Numbered from the stretch's first letter, positions 24,343 through 38,303 are shown. The stretch is DNA of 64,000 nucleotides from Octopus vulgaris (GCA_951406725.2 OX597817.1:40300001-40364000); one strand, 5' to 3'. Numbers and translations: made by a program. Notes: generated by a model not told the origin, from the letters alone.

Positions 24343-24619
24343 TTAATAATAATAATAATAACAGCAACAACAATAACAATAATGTTTTCAAATTTTTACA
24401 CAAGGCCAGCGAGTTTGGTGGAGGGGATAAGTCAATTACACCAACCCCAGTGTTCAACTGTTGCTTATTTTATTGACCCTGAAATGATGTAAGTCAACGA
24501 TGACCCCGGCAGCATTTGAACTCAGAACATAAAGTTAGATGAAACACCGCCAAGTATTTTGCTCAGCATACTAACAATTCCGCCAGCTCACTGCCTTAAT
24601 AATAATAACGCAAATAAAA

Positions 24620-24896
24620 ATAAACTTCCTTAAACAAACCTTATTCAGGGACCTTTTGAGTGGGATGGGCTACTCAACCTGAAGAAAATTCTAACTGGGC
24701 CCCCACCTGCAAGATCATGTGCTGTTAATATTGATATGAGATCACCATGTTGTGCACGTATGGTTGTGATGCATGTGCCTGGTGTGCTCTTATCAGACAG
24801 GTAGTCATGATGAGTATACTGGGCTTCATATATTTTACCCCAGTGCTGCTTTGATGGCAAGCACTGCTCTTTCATTCAATAATAATAATAATAATA
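24620..24896 (+). mobile_element. Probable non-LTR element 3' fragment ending in (AAT)n
   Basis: Complex sequence bracketed by AAT runs and ending ctctttcattc(aat)n. Confidence 0.4.
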
Positions 24897-25174
24897 GAAA
24901 ATGATACCGGGCTTACCATCCTTACAGGAAATGCAAAAAATCATGTTAACTGGAACAACTCATGTACTGAGAAGAGCATTATCGCTGTGAAAACAACATC
25001 CATTCATGAATTTATTTATTTATTAATTTTTTTAAATACATATTTTACCTGTGAATTTGCGTGTGTAATCTGGGAATGCATGCAATGAGTTTCTCTGCCC
25101 TAGGTGTATGGAAAACACATGGCAAGAAATGAAAGAAAATTTGAAGAAAGGAAAAAATAACAATTATAATAATA
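24897..25174 (+). mobile_element. Extreme 3' end (ORF C-terminus plus 3' UTR) of a Dong/R4-clade element
   Basis: MIPGLPSLQEMQKIMLTGTTHVLRRALSL* resembles the R4/Dong C-terminus. Flanked by AAT repeats. Confidence 0.6.
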
Positions 25175-26470
25175 TACCTGAGGTAAAAGAACAGCTAAAG
25201 CAAGATATCCTTGCCAAAGCACAAAGAATCCTCAGGTATGAGAAATGCCAACATTTCTTTGAACAAAACAGACAGTTCAACTCCAACCACAAAAGATTCT
25301 ACCAAGAACTTAGCAAAAATAATTTAGAGATCAATGCAGCACCATCAGCAGAAGAAGTGAAAGAATTTTGGAAAGAAATATGGTCAGCAAAGGAACAACC
25401 TCAGAAAAGGTCTATCAGAACAATGAACACAGAACAACTCTGGACCCCTATAACAACTGAAGAGGTCAACCTGGCACTGCAAAAACTAAGCAACTGGAAG
25501 GCACCTGGGCATGACAAGATCCCCAACTTCTGGTTAAAATACCTAACAGGAACACATAAAAAGCTGGCTGAGAAATTTAATGAAATACTAGCAGAGCCAG
25601 AGACAATGCCTGAATGGCCCATGGAAGGGAAAACTATCCTAATTCCCAAATACACTGAAATGGCAAACCCACAAAATTACAGACCAAAAACTTGTCTCCC
25701 TACAATTTACAATGCCTTTACTGCAATAATATCACAGAGAATGAGCAAGCATCTGGAAGAAAACAACCTGTTTCCAGAAGAACAGAAGGGATGTTGCGAG
25801 AGTTCATATGGCTGTAAAGATCAGCTACTGATCAATAAAGCCATAACTGAAGACAGCCGCAGACAGAATAAGGGTCTAAGTATGGCCTGGATTAATTACC
25901 AAAAGGCTTTTGATAGTATTCCCTACCCATAGATCCTAAAAACATTAGTCATGAACAAGGTAACACCAATAATCATAAAATATATAAAACACTCTATAAA
26001 TAAATGGCAGAAATTGCCACAGCTCCAGACAAAAGAGGAAGTCATAAAAACCAAAGCCATCCCCATTAGAAGAGGAATATTCTGGGGAGACACACTCTTT
26101 TCACTCCTTTTCTGCTTGGCACTGACACCTTTATCTGACAAGCTAAATGGATGTGGATACAACTGTTATGACAAAACAATCAGCCACTTCTTATATATGG
26201 ATGATCTAAAACCATATGCTAAAAATGATAAACAGCTAAAAACATTACTGCAGACTGTACATGGATTTACCAAAGAAATAAACATGGAATTTGGCTTAGA
26301 TAAATGTGCCAAAGCAACCTTGAAAAGAGGAAAAGTAGTTAAGCGTAGTAACATCACACCAGATAAAGCAAATGAAATAAGAGAATTAGACCAAAGTCAA
26401 GCATACAAACACTTAGGAATCAATGAATGCGATATGATATGACACACACAAATGAAAGAGAAGATAGAAA
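25175..26470 (+). pseudogene. Dong/R4-clade reverse transcriptase fragment with an in-frame stop at 25930-25932
   Basis: WKAPGHDKIPNFWLK, NYRPKTCLPTIY, EEQKGC, GCKDQLLINKAI, AWINYQKAFDSIP, RGIFWGDTL, FLYMDDLK, MEFGLDKC, YKHLG. Confidence 0.9.
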
Positions 26471-26803
26471 AGAGGAGGAGGAAGAGAAGGAAGAGAAGCA
26501 GGAGGAAGAGGTGGAGGAAAAGAAAGAAGAGGAGCAGGAGAAAGAGGAGGAAGAGGGGTAGGAGAAAGAAGTGGAGTAGGAGAAAGAGGAGGAGGAAAAG
26601 AAAGAAGAGGAGCAGGAGAAAGAGGAGGAAGGAGTGGAGGAGAAAAAGGAGGAGGAGAAAGAAGACGGGAGGAGGGAGAGGAGGAAGAAGAGAAAAAAGT
26701 GGAGTAGGAGAAAGAGTAGGAGGAAAAGAAAGAATAGGAGCAGGAGAAAGAGAAAGAGGAGGAGAAAGAGAAAAAGTGGAGGTGGAGGAAGAAGAGGAAG
26801 AGG
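26452..26803. repeat. Nearly pure polypurine (GA-rich) low-complexity tract
   Basis: About 350 bp of gga/gaa/aga units with few pyrimidines. Confidence 0.9.
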
Positions 26804-27715
26804 ATGTATGTATGTATGCAGAATGTGTAGTCATAACTGATATACTAGTCCTTATTCTTTAGACCCGATGGCCAACATGCTGTTCCCACATTACCCAAGT
26901 TGTGAATGCAGCAGTGGTCTTATAACCAAAGTGACATAAACAAACTCACAAAATACAATAAAATAGCACAATTTAACTTTAGTTTGTCAAAAAAAGGGGG
27001 CCTAAACCTCCTTAATATTGCTAGAATTCACACTCTTTTGTGCAAATAAGTCCTGCTACATTAACCTTTAGTGTTGATTAAATTTTTGCTACAAACATAC
27101 TCTTTACTCTTTTACTTGTTTCAGTCATTTGACTGTGGCCATTCTGGAGCACCGCCTTTAGTCGAGCAAATCGACCCCCAGGACTTATTCTTTGTAAGCC
27201 TAGTACTTACTCTATCGGTCTCTTTTGCCGAACCACTAAGTTACAGGGATGTAAACACCAGCATTGGTTGTCAAGTGATGTTGAAGGGACAAACACAAAC
27301 ACACACACACACATATATGTATGTAAAAATATACATACATATATATGATGGGCTTCTTTCAGTTTCCGTTTACCAAATCCACTCACAAGGCTTTGGTCGG
27401 CCTGAGGCTATTGTAGAAGACACTTGCCCAAGGTGCTACGCAGTGGGACTGAACCCGAAACCATGTGGATACAGAATTAATTTGTTAAAATTAGCTGCTA
27501 TTGACATCCTCCAGTTATGTTCTTAAATAACTAAAATATGTCTTTTAATCAAAGATGAGTTAATTTGGTTCCAGTGTCACACGTGTACATGCATGAAAAG
27601 GAATATACCTGATTCCTGTGCAGTAAGGGTTAAAATATTGCAACTATGTATAGAACTCTAAGCTTACACAGAAAAATAACTAAATTAGCAACACAAATGT
27701 AAAGTTATGACGAAC

Positions 27716-27881
27716 CTTCAATGCAGCATTTATAAATTTATGATCTTTCTAAGTTTGTCTGATCTCCTCGAAAATGAGACCAGACAAGCTTTCTAACTTC
27801 ATTTAGGAAAATATCTACTACTTTGAAATTAGAATGAAAGTGCATAACTTGTAAGAAAGAAACATAAAATTTCCTGCCCTG
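27716..27881 (-). other. Exon-like segment, closed in all frames (possible 5' UTR or non-coding exon)
   Basis: Acceptor ttttttattgcag| and donor AAG|gttcgt. Confidence 0.3.
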
Positions 27882-29917
27882 CTGCAATAAAAAAGCTATA
27901 AGAGTTTACTAGCCACTTTAACAGCAATGAATATTTTAAGTCTCTTTATTCATTCATTTGTTCTAATGTCCATTTTCCTATTCTACTGTGGGTTTGGATG
28001 GAGAGCTACTTAAGACAGGATTTTATAGCCAGATGCTCATCCTGTTGCCAACTCTGTTGTTAGGAAAGGAATATTATTTTTATTAAAGTCTTCAAAAGTG
28101 CAAAACAACCAGTCATAATGCCAGCAAGGAATATCAGTATCATCACTGCTTTACTCATCTGGTGACATGCATGGAAAATCAATATGCACACATACACACT
28201 TATTTCTTTATTGCCCACAAGGGGCTAAACATAGAGGGGACAAACAAGGACAGACAAAGGGATTAAGTCGATTAGATCGACTCCAGGGCATAACTGGTAC
28301 TTAATTTGTCGACCCTGAAAGGATGAAAGGCAAAGTCAACCTCAGTGGAATTTGAACTCAGAACATAGCAGCAGACGAAATACCTATTTCTTTATTACCC
28401 ACAAGGAGCTAAACACAGAGAGGACAAACAAGGACAGACAAACGGATTAAGTCAATAATATTGACCCCAGTGCATAACTGGTACGTAGTTAATTGACCCC
28501 GAAAGGATGAAAGGCAAAGTCGACCTTGGCGGAATTTGAACTCAGAACATAACGGCAGACGAAATACTGCTAAGCATTTTGCCCGGCATGCTAATGATTC
28601 TGCCAGCTTGCTGCCTTACACACATACACACTTGCATACATACACACTTGCACACATACACACTTGCACACATACACACTTGCATACACACTTACATACA
28701 TATACATACACACACACACACATATGTGTAAACATCCAACAGTAGGAAACATGTCAAAACAGATAAAGTTAGGTTCAATACTCTAGCTTGCCAGCTTCTG
28801 TCAAACTGTCCAACCCATGCCAGCATGGAAGACAGAATTAAGTGCTGCTGCTGATGATGATGATGATGATGTGCATCTTTTATCTTTTCCTTATTTTACT
28901 CCTTGGAGTGTGGTCATGCTGGGGCACTACCTTGAAGGGTTTAATCCAGTGGTTCTCAACCTGGGTCCATATGACCCTTAGATTTTGTTGTTAGAATTTA
29001 TTTGCAATAAATTTGTCATATTTCTACAATATGCAAAATACATTAAACACGCGCTCACACACACACACACGGTTTCTTATTTCTTTATTGCCCACAAGGG
29101 GCTAAACATAGAGGGGACAAACAAGGACAGACAAAGGGATAAAGTCGATTACATCAACCCCAGTGCCTAACTGGTACTTAATTTATCGACCCCGAAAGGA
29201 TAAAAGGCAAAGTCGACCTCGGCAGAATTTGAACTCAGAATGTAGCGGCAGACGAAATGCCGGCTAAACATTTCACCTGGCATGTTAACATTTCTGCCAG
29301 CTTCCCGCCTTCCACACACATAAACATGGTTTCTGCCTACCAATTTCCCTCTCAAGGCATCAGTTGACTCCAGAGCTATTTAGAAGACATTTACCCAAGA
29401 TGCTACAAACATAACGAGACTGAATCCGAGAAATGGCTATGAAAATCAAGCAAAATAAACCATTCAGTCTTGTGTTAAAATGATATTGACTCTCTTCAGT
29501 TGGTTCAGGAATGCATTTGTTTAAAGGACAATCAAGAGATGGCACCATTTGAAATTGAGTTGCAACCATCATATATGTATTCACACATCTGGCAGAGCAT
29601 GTTGGCTTCATCTCTTTCCAGTCTTTATTCATCCTCCATATTTAGTGACCATGTCTGTTATGGTTTTTTTTTGTATCTTTCATCATAGATTACATTTCAT
29701 ACACAGACATCATACCAGCTGCCCTTTGATTCCAGCAGCAGCAGCAATAGCTTCCTCCTGAACTTTTATCACTCTGTGCTAAGTATCTGTTATCTTTTAT
29801 TTGTTTTAGTCATTGGACTATGGCCATGCTGGGGCACTACCCTGAAGGATGGTAGATGGAGACTGTGAGGAAACCTTATGTGTTATACTTATGTGTGTAT
29901 GTGTTTGTTTGTTTGTT

Positions 29918-29953
<36 letters not shown>

Positions 29954-30149
29954 CTTGTGTCTTTGTCCTACCCTTCACTGCTTGAGAACTGGTGTTGGTT
30001 TGTTTATTCTCCCTTAACTTGGCAGTTCAGCAAAAGTGACTGAAAAATTAAGTGCGTGTCTTTAAAAAAACAATTATATTTTTGATATATCACTGTATAT
30101 TTAAACATATATCAAAATAACAACATCATTTTTAATGTCAACCTAACTA

Positions 30150-31340
30150 ATTATTAGTTTCCTTAAGCCAGGCAATGAAACAATGCTAATTTTCTGAGAA
30201 TAGCATCTCAGTGTGTGACCTTTGTAACATCCGCAGGATTGTTAGCTACTTCTACATGAATGTCTTGGAGGAAAACTTTCATATTTATTGTATTACTTTA
30301 TACACGAGAAGCATTTCTATGTAGAATTAAGTGGAAGTGAATACACCAGTAAATGTTTCAAACAACAGCTATGAATACCTTGAATGAAAATTTCAATCCC
30401 ATAGTGAACGATCATATTATTGAATATGCAAATGTATTCCTGACCTTGAAAATGTGCTGTTAAATGGTGAAGAAAATTTCCAAATTGTGCCTTATCCATG
30501 TGAGCATGAAATTCTGTTATGACCTGTCCCTCCGTGCTTTGTAGCAGCAATGATATCAAGATTTTTGCCGGCAGGCAGGTTCTTAAAGAATTGGTTATAG
30601 TTGTTGGTAGTTTGAAAGTTAAAGCTACATTCATCCACAAAAGTTGTTGGCTTTCCAGATGTAATAGCAATTATCAAATACCAATTTTCAAATTAATATC
30701 TAGCAATGGTCATATCAAGTTGATTTTTATCCCCAAGTACTAGAACTAACATTTGACTTGTAATCTGCTTGGCATTTAGGGTTTGTAAAATCTAACTATC
30801 GCTTACAAGTGGTTTTTGTGGTAAATTCAATCTCATATCCAGGTTGAGGAATTGTTATTTATTCAAATCCTGCTGAGATTTTACTTGTTACATTCTGAGT
30901 TCAAATTCTGTGGAGGTCAACTTTGCTTTACATCTTTTGGGGATCAATGAAGTAAAGTACCAATCAAGTACTGTAGTTGATGTCATTAACTATCCCTTCC
31001 TCTTGAAATTACTGGTCTTGTGCCAAACTTTGAAGCCATCTATTGCTCCCTGCAAAAACATCATTATCAACATCCAAATTGCATTTATCGTCTTTTGGTC
31101 GAAGTATCTCACTTTCCTTTTTTCACATAGTCTAAAAGGACTTTGAATTCAGTCTTCAGATTAATGTCGATAGATCAGGCAAAGTCCTTCTAGTGCTAAT
31201 CACAGTCTAAACAGCATTGGATACTGGTGGGGTTTTTTTGTTCCATGTCCACTTGATGTGGCTTTACTAGGCAATACAAAAAAACAAAAAAACACTGTTT
31301 AGAGCAAAATGTTTTAACGCATAAATTATTAGTTGCTGCA
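30150..31340 (-). pseudogene. Decayed IS630/Tc1-like (DDE_3) transposase interrupted by a SINE at about 30870-31035
   Basis: Across frameshifts: LNLPQKPLVSDS, TFVDECSFNFQT, GKNLDIIAAT, EFHAHMDKAQFGNFL, ICIFNN, LLVYSLPLNS. These match the FxDE, xDN and LPPYSPxLNPIE motifs. Confidence 0.7.
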
Positions 31341-32196
31341 TTGTGCATCACAAATCTGTTCATGTTATGGTTTTAGAAACTACACATTCTGTGTAGAATT
31401 TGAATGAATAATTGTGCATCAACAATCATGTTATGGTTTTAGAAACTGCACTTCTGCCATAGAATTTATGAATTACATAATTATAATGGAAACAAGCAAC
31501 ACAGTAGAAATAACTACTAACACTTCTATAGCTGTGATTGAAAAATAAATAGTAATGTTTTTTGCATTCTTTGACTGAAAAAGTTTTTCCTGCTGTGTAT
31601 TATCTAAGTGAAGATGCATGATATACTCTTCAGCTAATTAAGTCAAATATAATTGTTTTGTTTAAGTGATATGTACTCACTTGGAAATCACTATTCTCAC
31701 TGTCAAGTAACATGTCTCACTTTGAAATCAGTATTCTCATTTTGAAGTGACAAATACCTGGGATTACAAATACTTGCAATTACATGCGAGCAAAGAAGGA
31801 TTTCATCTGTGCATCTGATACAGATAAAGTCCTTTGCAAGTGTGACATTCTCAATCTTTTGTGCAATTATTGTTTCCATCATGTTCCCTGTATGGCATTC
31901 TTATCTAACCCCTTTTGTTTTTACATATTGAGCATTCCCAACCACTTCCCAGATGGGAAATAAACATCTGCCTTTTTATTCTTAATAACTAAAACTTTTG
32001 TCTTTACTAGGTTTATTTTAATACTTCTTGCTTCTCGTCTTTGTTCCTTGTTTGGAATCTCTTCTCTAATTATTCAACATATTCATCCATAACAACTAGA
32101 CCTTTACAGAAATTCTCACAAACTGCCAGTTTTAAATTCTTTTGTTACAAACTGGGGAACCATAATATACAGCTGTATGCTATTCGGTTTATTATA

Positions 32197-32398
32197 TCAG
32201 GCTGAGTAAAAAGTAAGCAATGTTTTGAACCATGAAGAATCTGTACTGGATTTTTGCAGTTTTGAATTGTTTGAAACTTTTTTTTTTTTGTAATTGTCTG
32301 ATAATACAGACATAGACTTGCCCAGGTGCATCAATAAATTAACATTGATATTTGTTTTCACAGTTGTTACAATCATCAGAAATGGAACTGTCAAAGCA
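32197..32398 (+). mobile_element. 5' end fragment of the same mariner family as 45895-46704
   Basis: TA|TCAGGCTGAGTAAAAAGTAAGCAA and the following 200 bp match the reverse complement of 46500-46704. Confidence 0.8.
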
Positions 32399-33231
32399 TG
32401 ATATCATCCAACCCATGCCAGCACAGACAACAGACATTAAATGATGATGGTGGTGATGACAAATTAGTATTGCTGAAATTGCAATGTGTCAAACATACCT
32501 GGGTGTCTTTTATGCCATCAAATATGGTACTTTTTTCCGACCAGAAGAGCTTTAAGTTTCATTACTCTCCTTTTCTAAATTGCTTTGTGACTCTAAGGTA
32601 GTCTAACTCTTATCCTGAAGTTGCTAATCACAAACCTGTGCTAATCAGTACATTCTTCATCCGAGAATGACTTAGTAATCTCAACCATTTGTCAAAACCA
32701 TTTCTTGGTGACTATGAAGTCTGGATTAAGTATTCACCTAGGTGATCAAATACTGACCGGTTTCCAAAGCAAGCCTAACAGTAAATAGGCCATTTGCATC
32801 ATGGAATTCCAAGCATATTGGTCACTTATCACAACAATTACCATAACATATGCACCAAAATAACCCAATCTGTCAATTAAAGACATCAGCTTTAGTAATG
32901 AGGCTAAGAACATTTACCACTGCGGAGTTGCAAGAGGGATTCATTGACAATCTTTTTAATTATGTGTTAGTTTTAATTGTGGTGTATATGCACAAGGACC
33001 AAAGAATAAAGGGTGCATGGGGTGCAAGCATAACCCCTAAAATTTTACAAATTATTTACAAATATTTTACAAATTGTGTGGTAAGTAGCTTGCTTACCAA
33101 CCACATAGTTCCGGGTTCAGTCCGAACGCGTGGCACCTTGGGCAAGTGTCTTCTACTAGAGCTTCAGGCCGACCAAAGCCTTGTGAGTGGATTTGGTAGA
33201 CGGAAACTGAAAGAAGCCTGTCGTATATATG

Positions 33232-33278
<47 letters not shown>

Positions 33279-34296
33279 CGCCTATTAATAATAATACTGT
33301 AATTGTTCCATTGTTGTTGTTTTTTTGTTTCCCGTTTGGATTAAAATTATATATATATATATATATATATATGCGTGTGTTTGTGTACGTCTGTGTTTGT
33401 TCCCCCAAACATTGCTTGACAACTGATGCTGGTGTGTTTACGTCCCCGTAACTTAGCAGTTCGGCAAAAGAGACTAATAGAATAAGTACTAGGCTTACAA
33501 AGAATAAGTCCTGGAGTTGATTTCCTCAATTAAAGGCAGTGCTCCAGCATGGCTGCAGTCAAATGACTGAAACAAGTAAAGGAGTAAAAGAGTAAACCTT
33601 GTTTTTAAAAATTTGGAATCTGGATTTGCACCCACAAAGCAAACATAATTTCCATACATATGCAAATACAAAGATCAATATTGCTGTTGTATTGCCCATA
33701 GCTAATTTAACCATTCTCTGAATACTCCAATACATCCCTCACTGTTGTTCACCAAGAAGAATTGTACATGGTTTCTTTTACTATGAGCGATCTGGATAAG
33801 GTTCCTTGTCACCTTAAGGCACATAGCACACATCCAGTTGCATTCACCCTAGTAACACTAAAATATATACATCTATCACCATAGCAACATTGAAGGTGGC
33901 AGCCATGAAGTTTTCTATCTGACAAGGATAAAAATGTTTTGTATATGTGCATGCATGCATGCATGCATGCGTGTGTGTGTGGGGTTTACTTTTCTATAAT
34001 GTGGCGAGCTGGCAGAAATGTTAGCATGCCGGGCGAAATGCTTAGCAGTATTTTGTCTGCCACTATGTTCTGAGTTCAAATTCTGCCGAGGTCGACTTTG
34101 CCTTTCATCCTTTCAGGATAGATAAATTAAGTACCAGTTATGCACTGGGGTCGATGTAATCGACTTAATCCCTTTGTCTGTCCTTGTTTGTCCTCTCTGT
34201 GTTTAGCCCCTTGTGGGTAGTAAAGAAATAGGTTTACTTTTCTACTAAGGCAAGATCAATGAAAATAGTACTCCATCCAGTGAGAGATAAATACTG

Positions 34297-34382
34297 TTTA
34301 ATGTACACAGTATACAGTTACTAATAGTTTGCAACGTATGACACTATTAGTAGTTTGTAACTGTATACTGTGTGCATTAAAT
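34297..34382. repeat. Short palindrome or MITE remnant
   Basis: tttaatgtacacagtatacagttac ... gtaactgtatactgtgtgcattaaa. Confidence 0.75.
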
Positions 34383-34659
34383 AATATATATATATATAAA
34401 ACACTCCTGTTATAACCTGGGACCTTGAAGACTGCCTTAATGCAAGAAAGTATATTAGTCCCTTAATATTTTATAGTCAATATTTCATCTATTCAATAAG
34501 ACAATCAATACTTCATTTCATTTTACTATATATATACTTTTTGTACTATATATTCTATATTCTACATTAATATTATAAAGAATATAAATAAAACATAAAA
34601 AACAGAGTTGGAATTTCTTTGAATAATATATATCCCTCTATACACAATCATACAAACCC

Positions 34660-34751
<92 letters not shown>

Positions 34752-34925
34752 GTATATATATATATATATGGTGTGGCTGTGTGGTAAGGAGCTTGCTTAC
34801 CAACCACATATTTTCGGGTTCAGTCCCACTGCATGGCACCTTGGGCAAGTGTCTTCTACTATACCCTTGGCTGACCAAAGCCTTGTGAGTGGGATTGGTA
34901 GACGGAAACTGAAAAAAGCCCGTTG

Positions 34926-35005
<80 letters not shown>

Positions 35006-36229
35006 AGTGTCTGTGTTTGCCCCCCCCCCAGATCATTTGACAACCAATGCTGGTGTGTTTATGTCCCTGTAACTTAGCAGTTTGACAAAAAAGACTGAAA
35101 GAATAAGTACTAGGCTTACAAAGAATAAGTCCTGGGGTCGATTTACTCGACTAAAGTCGGTGCTCCAGCATGGCCGCAGTCAAATGACTGACACAAGTAA
35201 AAGAGTAAAAGAGTACATAGCAGGTTTCTTCAGATCCAGTCAACCAGTTTCACTCAAAAGGTATTTGTTGATCTACAACTATAGCACAAGACACTGGCAG
35301 ACAGTACCAAAACAGTGGGACTGAATCTCTAACCATATGATTCCAAAATGTCTTAACCACACAACCATGTTTTGCAACTACATATATGTAGGTGTATATG
35401 TGTGTGTGTGCATGTATATACTTGTCTATACATGTCTGTATATGCATGCATATGTGTGTGTGTATTTATAAATACACATACATATACAACAATATTGTAA
35501 GTATGTATTGAGATGCTTATTTTCCAAGTTGTAAGCCAATTTTGAATGTAGACAGATAACACTTTGCTTAAGGGTACCAAGGCACACTCCTTACCATGAA
35601 CACCTATTCCTTACCAAGGAGAAAGTCACAGGTTATCTAACTGTTTTTAAAAAATTTTTTTTTATATAAATCTATACTGGTTCCAATAGACAAACTAAGA
35701 AGATTATACATACCCCACCTCTTGCACATCCACAGACATTATAAAAAAATTATTGATCAGGAAAATAATTCATTTAGAGTAATTATGCCAATTAGTATAG
35801 GATTTTTGAAAAGAAAGCATATTTCTCATAATCTAAAACAAAAATTGATTTTAAGTTCAATATCTGTTCTTTTTTTGTTTTGTTTTCTTGTGTGTGGGTT
35901 TTTTATATCTTGCATGTGTATTTTTATGAAGCTCAATTTAAATTATCTTTAGAATTGCTTGGATGCAAGAATTCTAGTGAATAAACATTCCTGGACCAAT
36001 TGAGAGAGTCGATATCATTTTAAAATAAGACTGAATGGCTTATTTTGCTTGATTTTCATAGTCATTTCTCAGGTTCAGCCTCGTTATGTTTGTAGCATCT
36101 TGAGTAAATGTCTTCTAAATAGCTCTGAGACCAATTAATGCTGGTAAACAGAGTCGCAGATGTTACAGTTAGAGTTTTTACTTCTCTTACATACTTCCTT
36201 CCATTTACCCATCCATTGAACTAAATTCG

Positions 36230-36925
36230 ATGACTGGCACCCGTGCCAGTGGAGCGCTAACAGCTCCATCTGAGCGGGATCACTGCCAGAGCAGTTGTCT
36301 GGCTTCCGTGCCGGTGACACGTAAAAAGTACCTATTTCTTTATTACCCACAAGGGGCTAAACACAGAGGGGACAAACAAGGACAGACATAGGTATTAAGT
36401 CGATTACATCGACCCCAGTGCGTAACTGGTACTTAATTTATCGACCCCGAAAGGATGAAAGGCAAAGTCGACCTCGGCGGAATTCGAACTCACAACGTAA
36501 CGCAGACGAAATACCGCTAAGCATTTCGCCCGGCGTGCTAACGTTTCTGCCAGCTCGCCGCCTTTCATGTAAAAAGTACCATTTGAGCTTGATCGTTACC
36601 AGCGTCACCTTACTGGCACTTGTGCCGGTGACATGTGAACAATACATTTGAGCGAGGTTGTTGCCTGTGCCGCTGGACTGACTGCTGTGCAAGTGGCACG
36701 GAAAAAACACCATTTGAGCGTGGCTGTTGCCAGTACCGCCAGACTGGCCCTTGTGCCGGTGGCACGTAAAAGCACCCACTACACTCTTGGAGTGGTTGGT
36801 GTTAGGAATGGCATCCAGCTGTAGATGGGAGCCTGGTGCAGCCATCTGGTTCGCCAGTCCTCAGTCAAATCATCCAACCCATGCTAGCATGGAAAGCGGA
36901 CGTTAAACGATGATGGTGATGATGA
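36230..36925 (+). mobile_element. RTE 3' UTR with tandem units of about 62 bp, split by a young SINE B copy (36333-36565) with a TSD of about 15 bp
   Basis: ca(c/t)gtaaaaagtacc is duplicated on both sides of the SINE. (GAT)n tail. Confidence 0.75.
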
Positions 36926-37084
36926 TCCATCCATCAGCCATACATACATATGATGATTATCTCATCTTGTCAGATGATAGCCATCTCACATTCAGCCTAA
37001 TTGTTCTGATTTACTTTGTTATATGTAGAGATATGTCTTTTCACCATGTATCCATCATCATAGAACTTTTTTTTCTTTATGCTT

Positions 37085-37500
37085 TTAACCCTCCAATGCG
37101 GAGTATAGGCCACTTATAGTTGAATTCCATGTCGCACAATTTTTGGCTTCTGTACTTATACTCTGCCATGAATGTCCCCCTTTCTCTAGTTCCTTTTGTG
37201 TTGATCTCCGCCACAAGTTCTTAGGCCTACCTCTCCTTCTATATCCATCCGGTTTCCACTGTAAAGCACTTTTCGCTACATTTGGTGTGTATTTTCTAAT
37301 TGTGCCACCAATCCACTTACACTTTTTCTTAAATATTTGCTCCCTAATCGAAACTTCATTTGGTCTTTGCCATAGCTCCATATTGCTTATGTGTTCAGGC
37401 CATCTAATTTTAAGTATACTACTCAAGCATCTGTTGATAAATGATTGTATTTGCTTGTTGTTCACCATGTCTCAGCCCCATACAATAACACTGCTTTACA
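37085..37500 (-). pseudogene. RTE-clade LINE ORF C-terminal remnant
   Basis: IQSFINRCLSSILKIRWPEHISNMELW...KWIG...ALQWKPDGYRRRGRPKNLWRR. Confidence 0.85.
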
Positions 37501-38303
37501 AAATACAAAATGGATCAAGAAATGAAATGGTAGTGAGACATCTGTAAATCATTGGATTTAGGTGACAAAATCTTGTTCAACACTTTTGCCACTCACTCGT
37601 TCCTCATAGTAAGTTCCAGTGACAAATATTGCAAGATGATTGGTACTGTTCTGACTGCAAGTTTTATGTCAGAATATCTTTCTCCTATAAGGGCTGCCTT
37701 CCTACAGCTTTGTCTAAAACAATGGGAGCCTCTTCTACCACTAGGAAATCTATTTAACCCACAGACGGAACCCTGACTGATACCACCATTCAGGTCAGAA
37801 AAGATCTGGGATAAAAATAAGGTGGCAAGCTGGCAGAATTGTTAGCACGCCGGGCGAAATGCTTAGCGATATTTCATCTGTCTATACGCTCTGAGTCCAA
37901 ATTCCGCTGAGGTAGACTTTGCCTTTCATTCTTTCGGGGTCGATAAATTAAGTACCAGTTACGCACTGGGGTCAATGTATCGACTTAATCCGTTTGTCTA
38001 TCTTTGTTTGTCCCCTCTATGTTTAGCCCTTTGTGGGCAATAAAGAAATAAGAAAGGATCTGGGATAATGGTAATTAAGGAGTGGCTCCATACTCCCTCA
38101 CAACTCCAGAATTCCCAAACTAGAGCCTTACCCCCGGATGCGGTCTAATGTAATACCCCAGGACATGCATATACATACATACACACACATACATTTTCAA
38201 TGTAAAGTTTTATGTTTTTGTAACATTTTGCATGACTCTCAGCCTTGTAAATGAAGATTTCTTCTCAATAATTCATATCATTGATTTTGTTTATAATACT
38301 AAC

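Noticed and set aside
26452-26862. Arg/Lys-rich protamine-like ORF
   Set aside because: It is the translation of a GA-rich low-complexity tract fused to a dead retrotransposon. Other frames are equally open.
27061-27633. Second piggyBac MITE (TTAA-CCTTTAGTG ... CAGTAAGGG-TTAA)
   Set aside because: The TIR match is only 7 of 9 bp. Plausible but too weak to list as a feature.
36230-36790. CRISPR-like repeat/spacer appearance
   Set aside because: The spacers are related to one another, the array sits in an RTE 3' UTR, there are no cas genes, and the context is eukaryotic.
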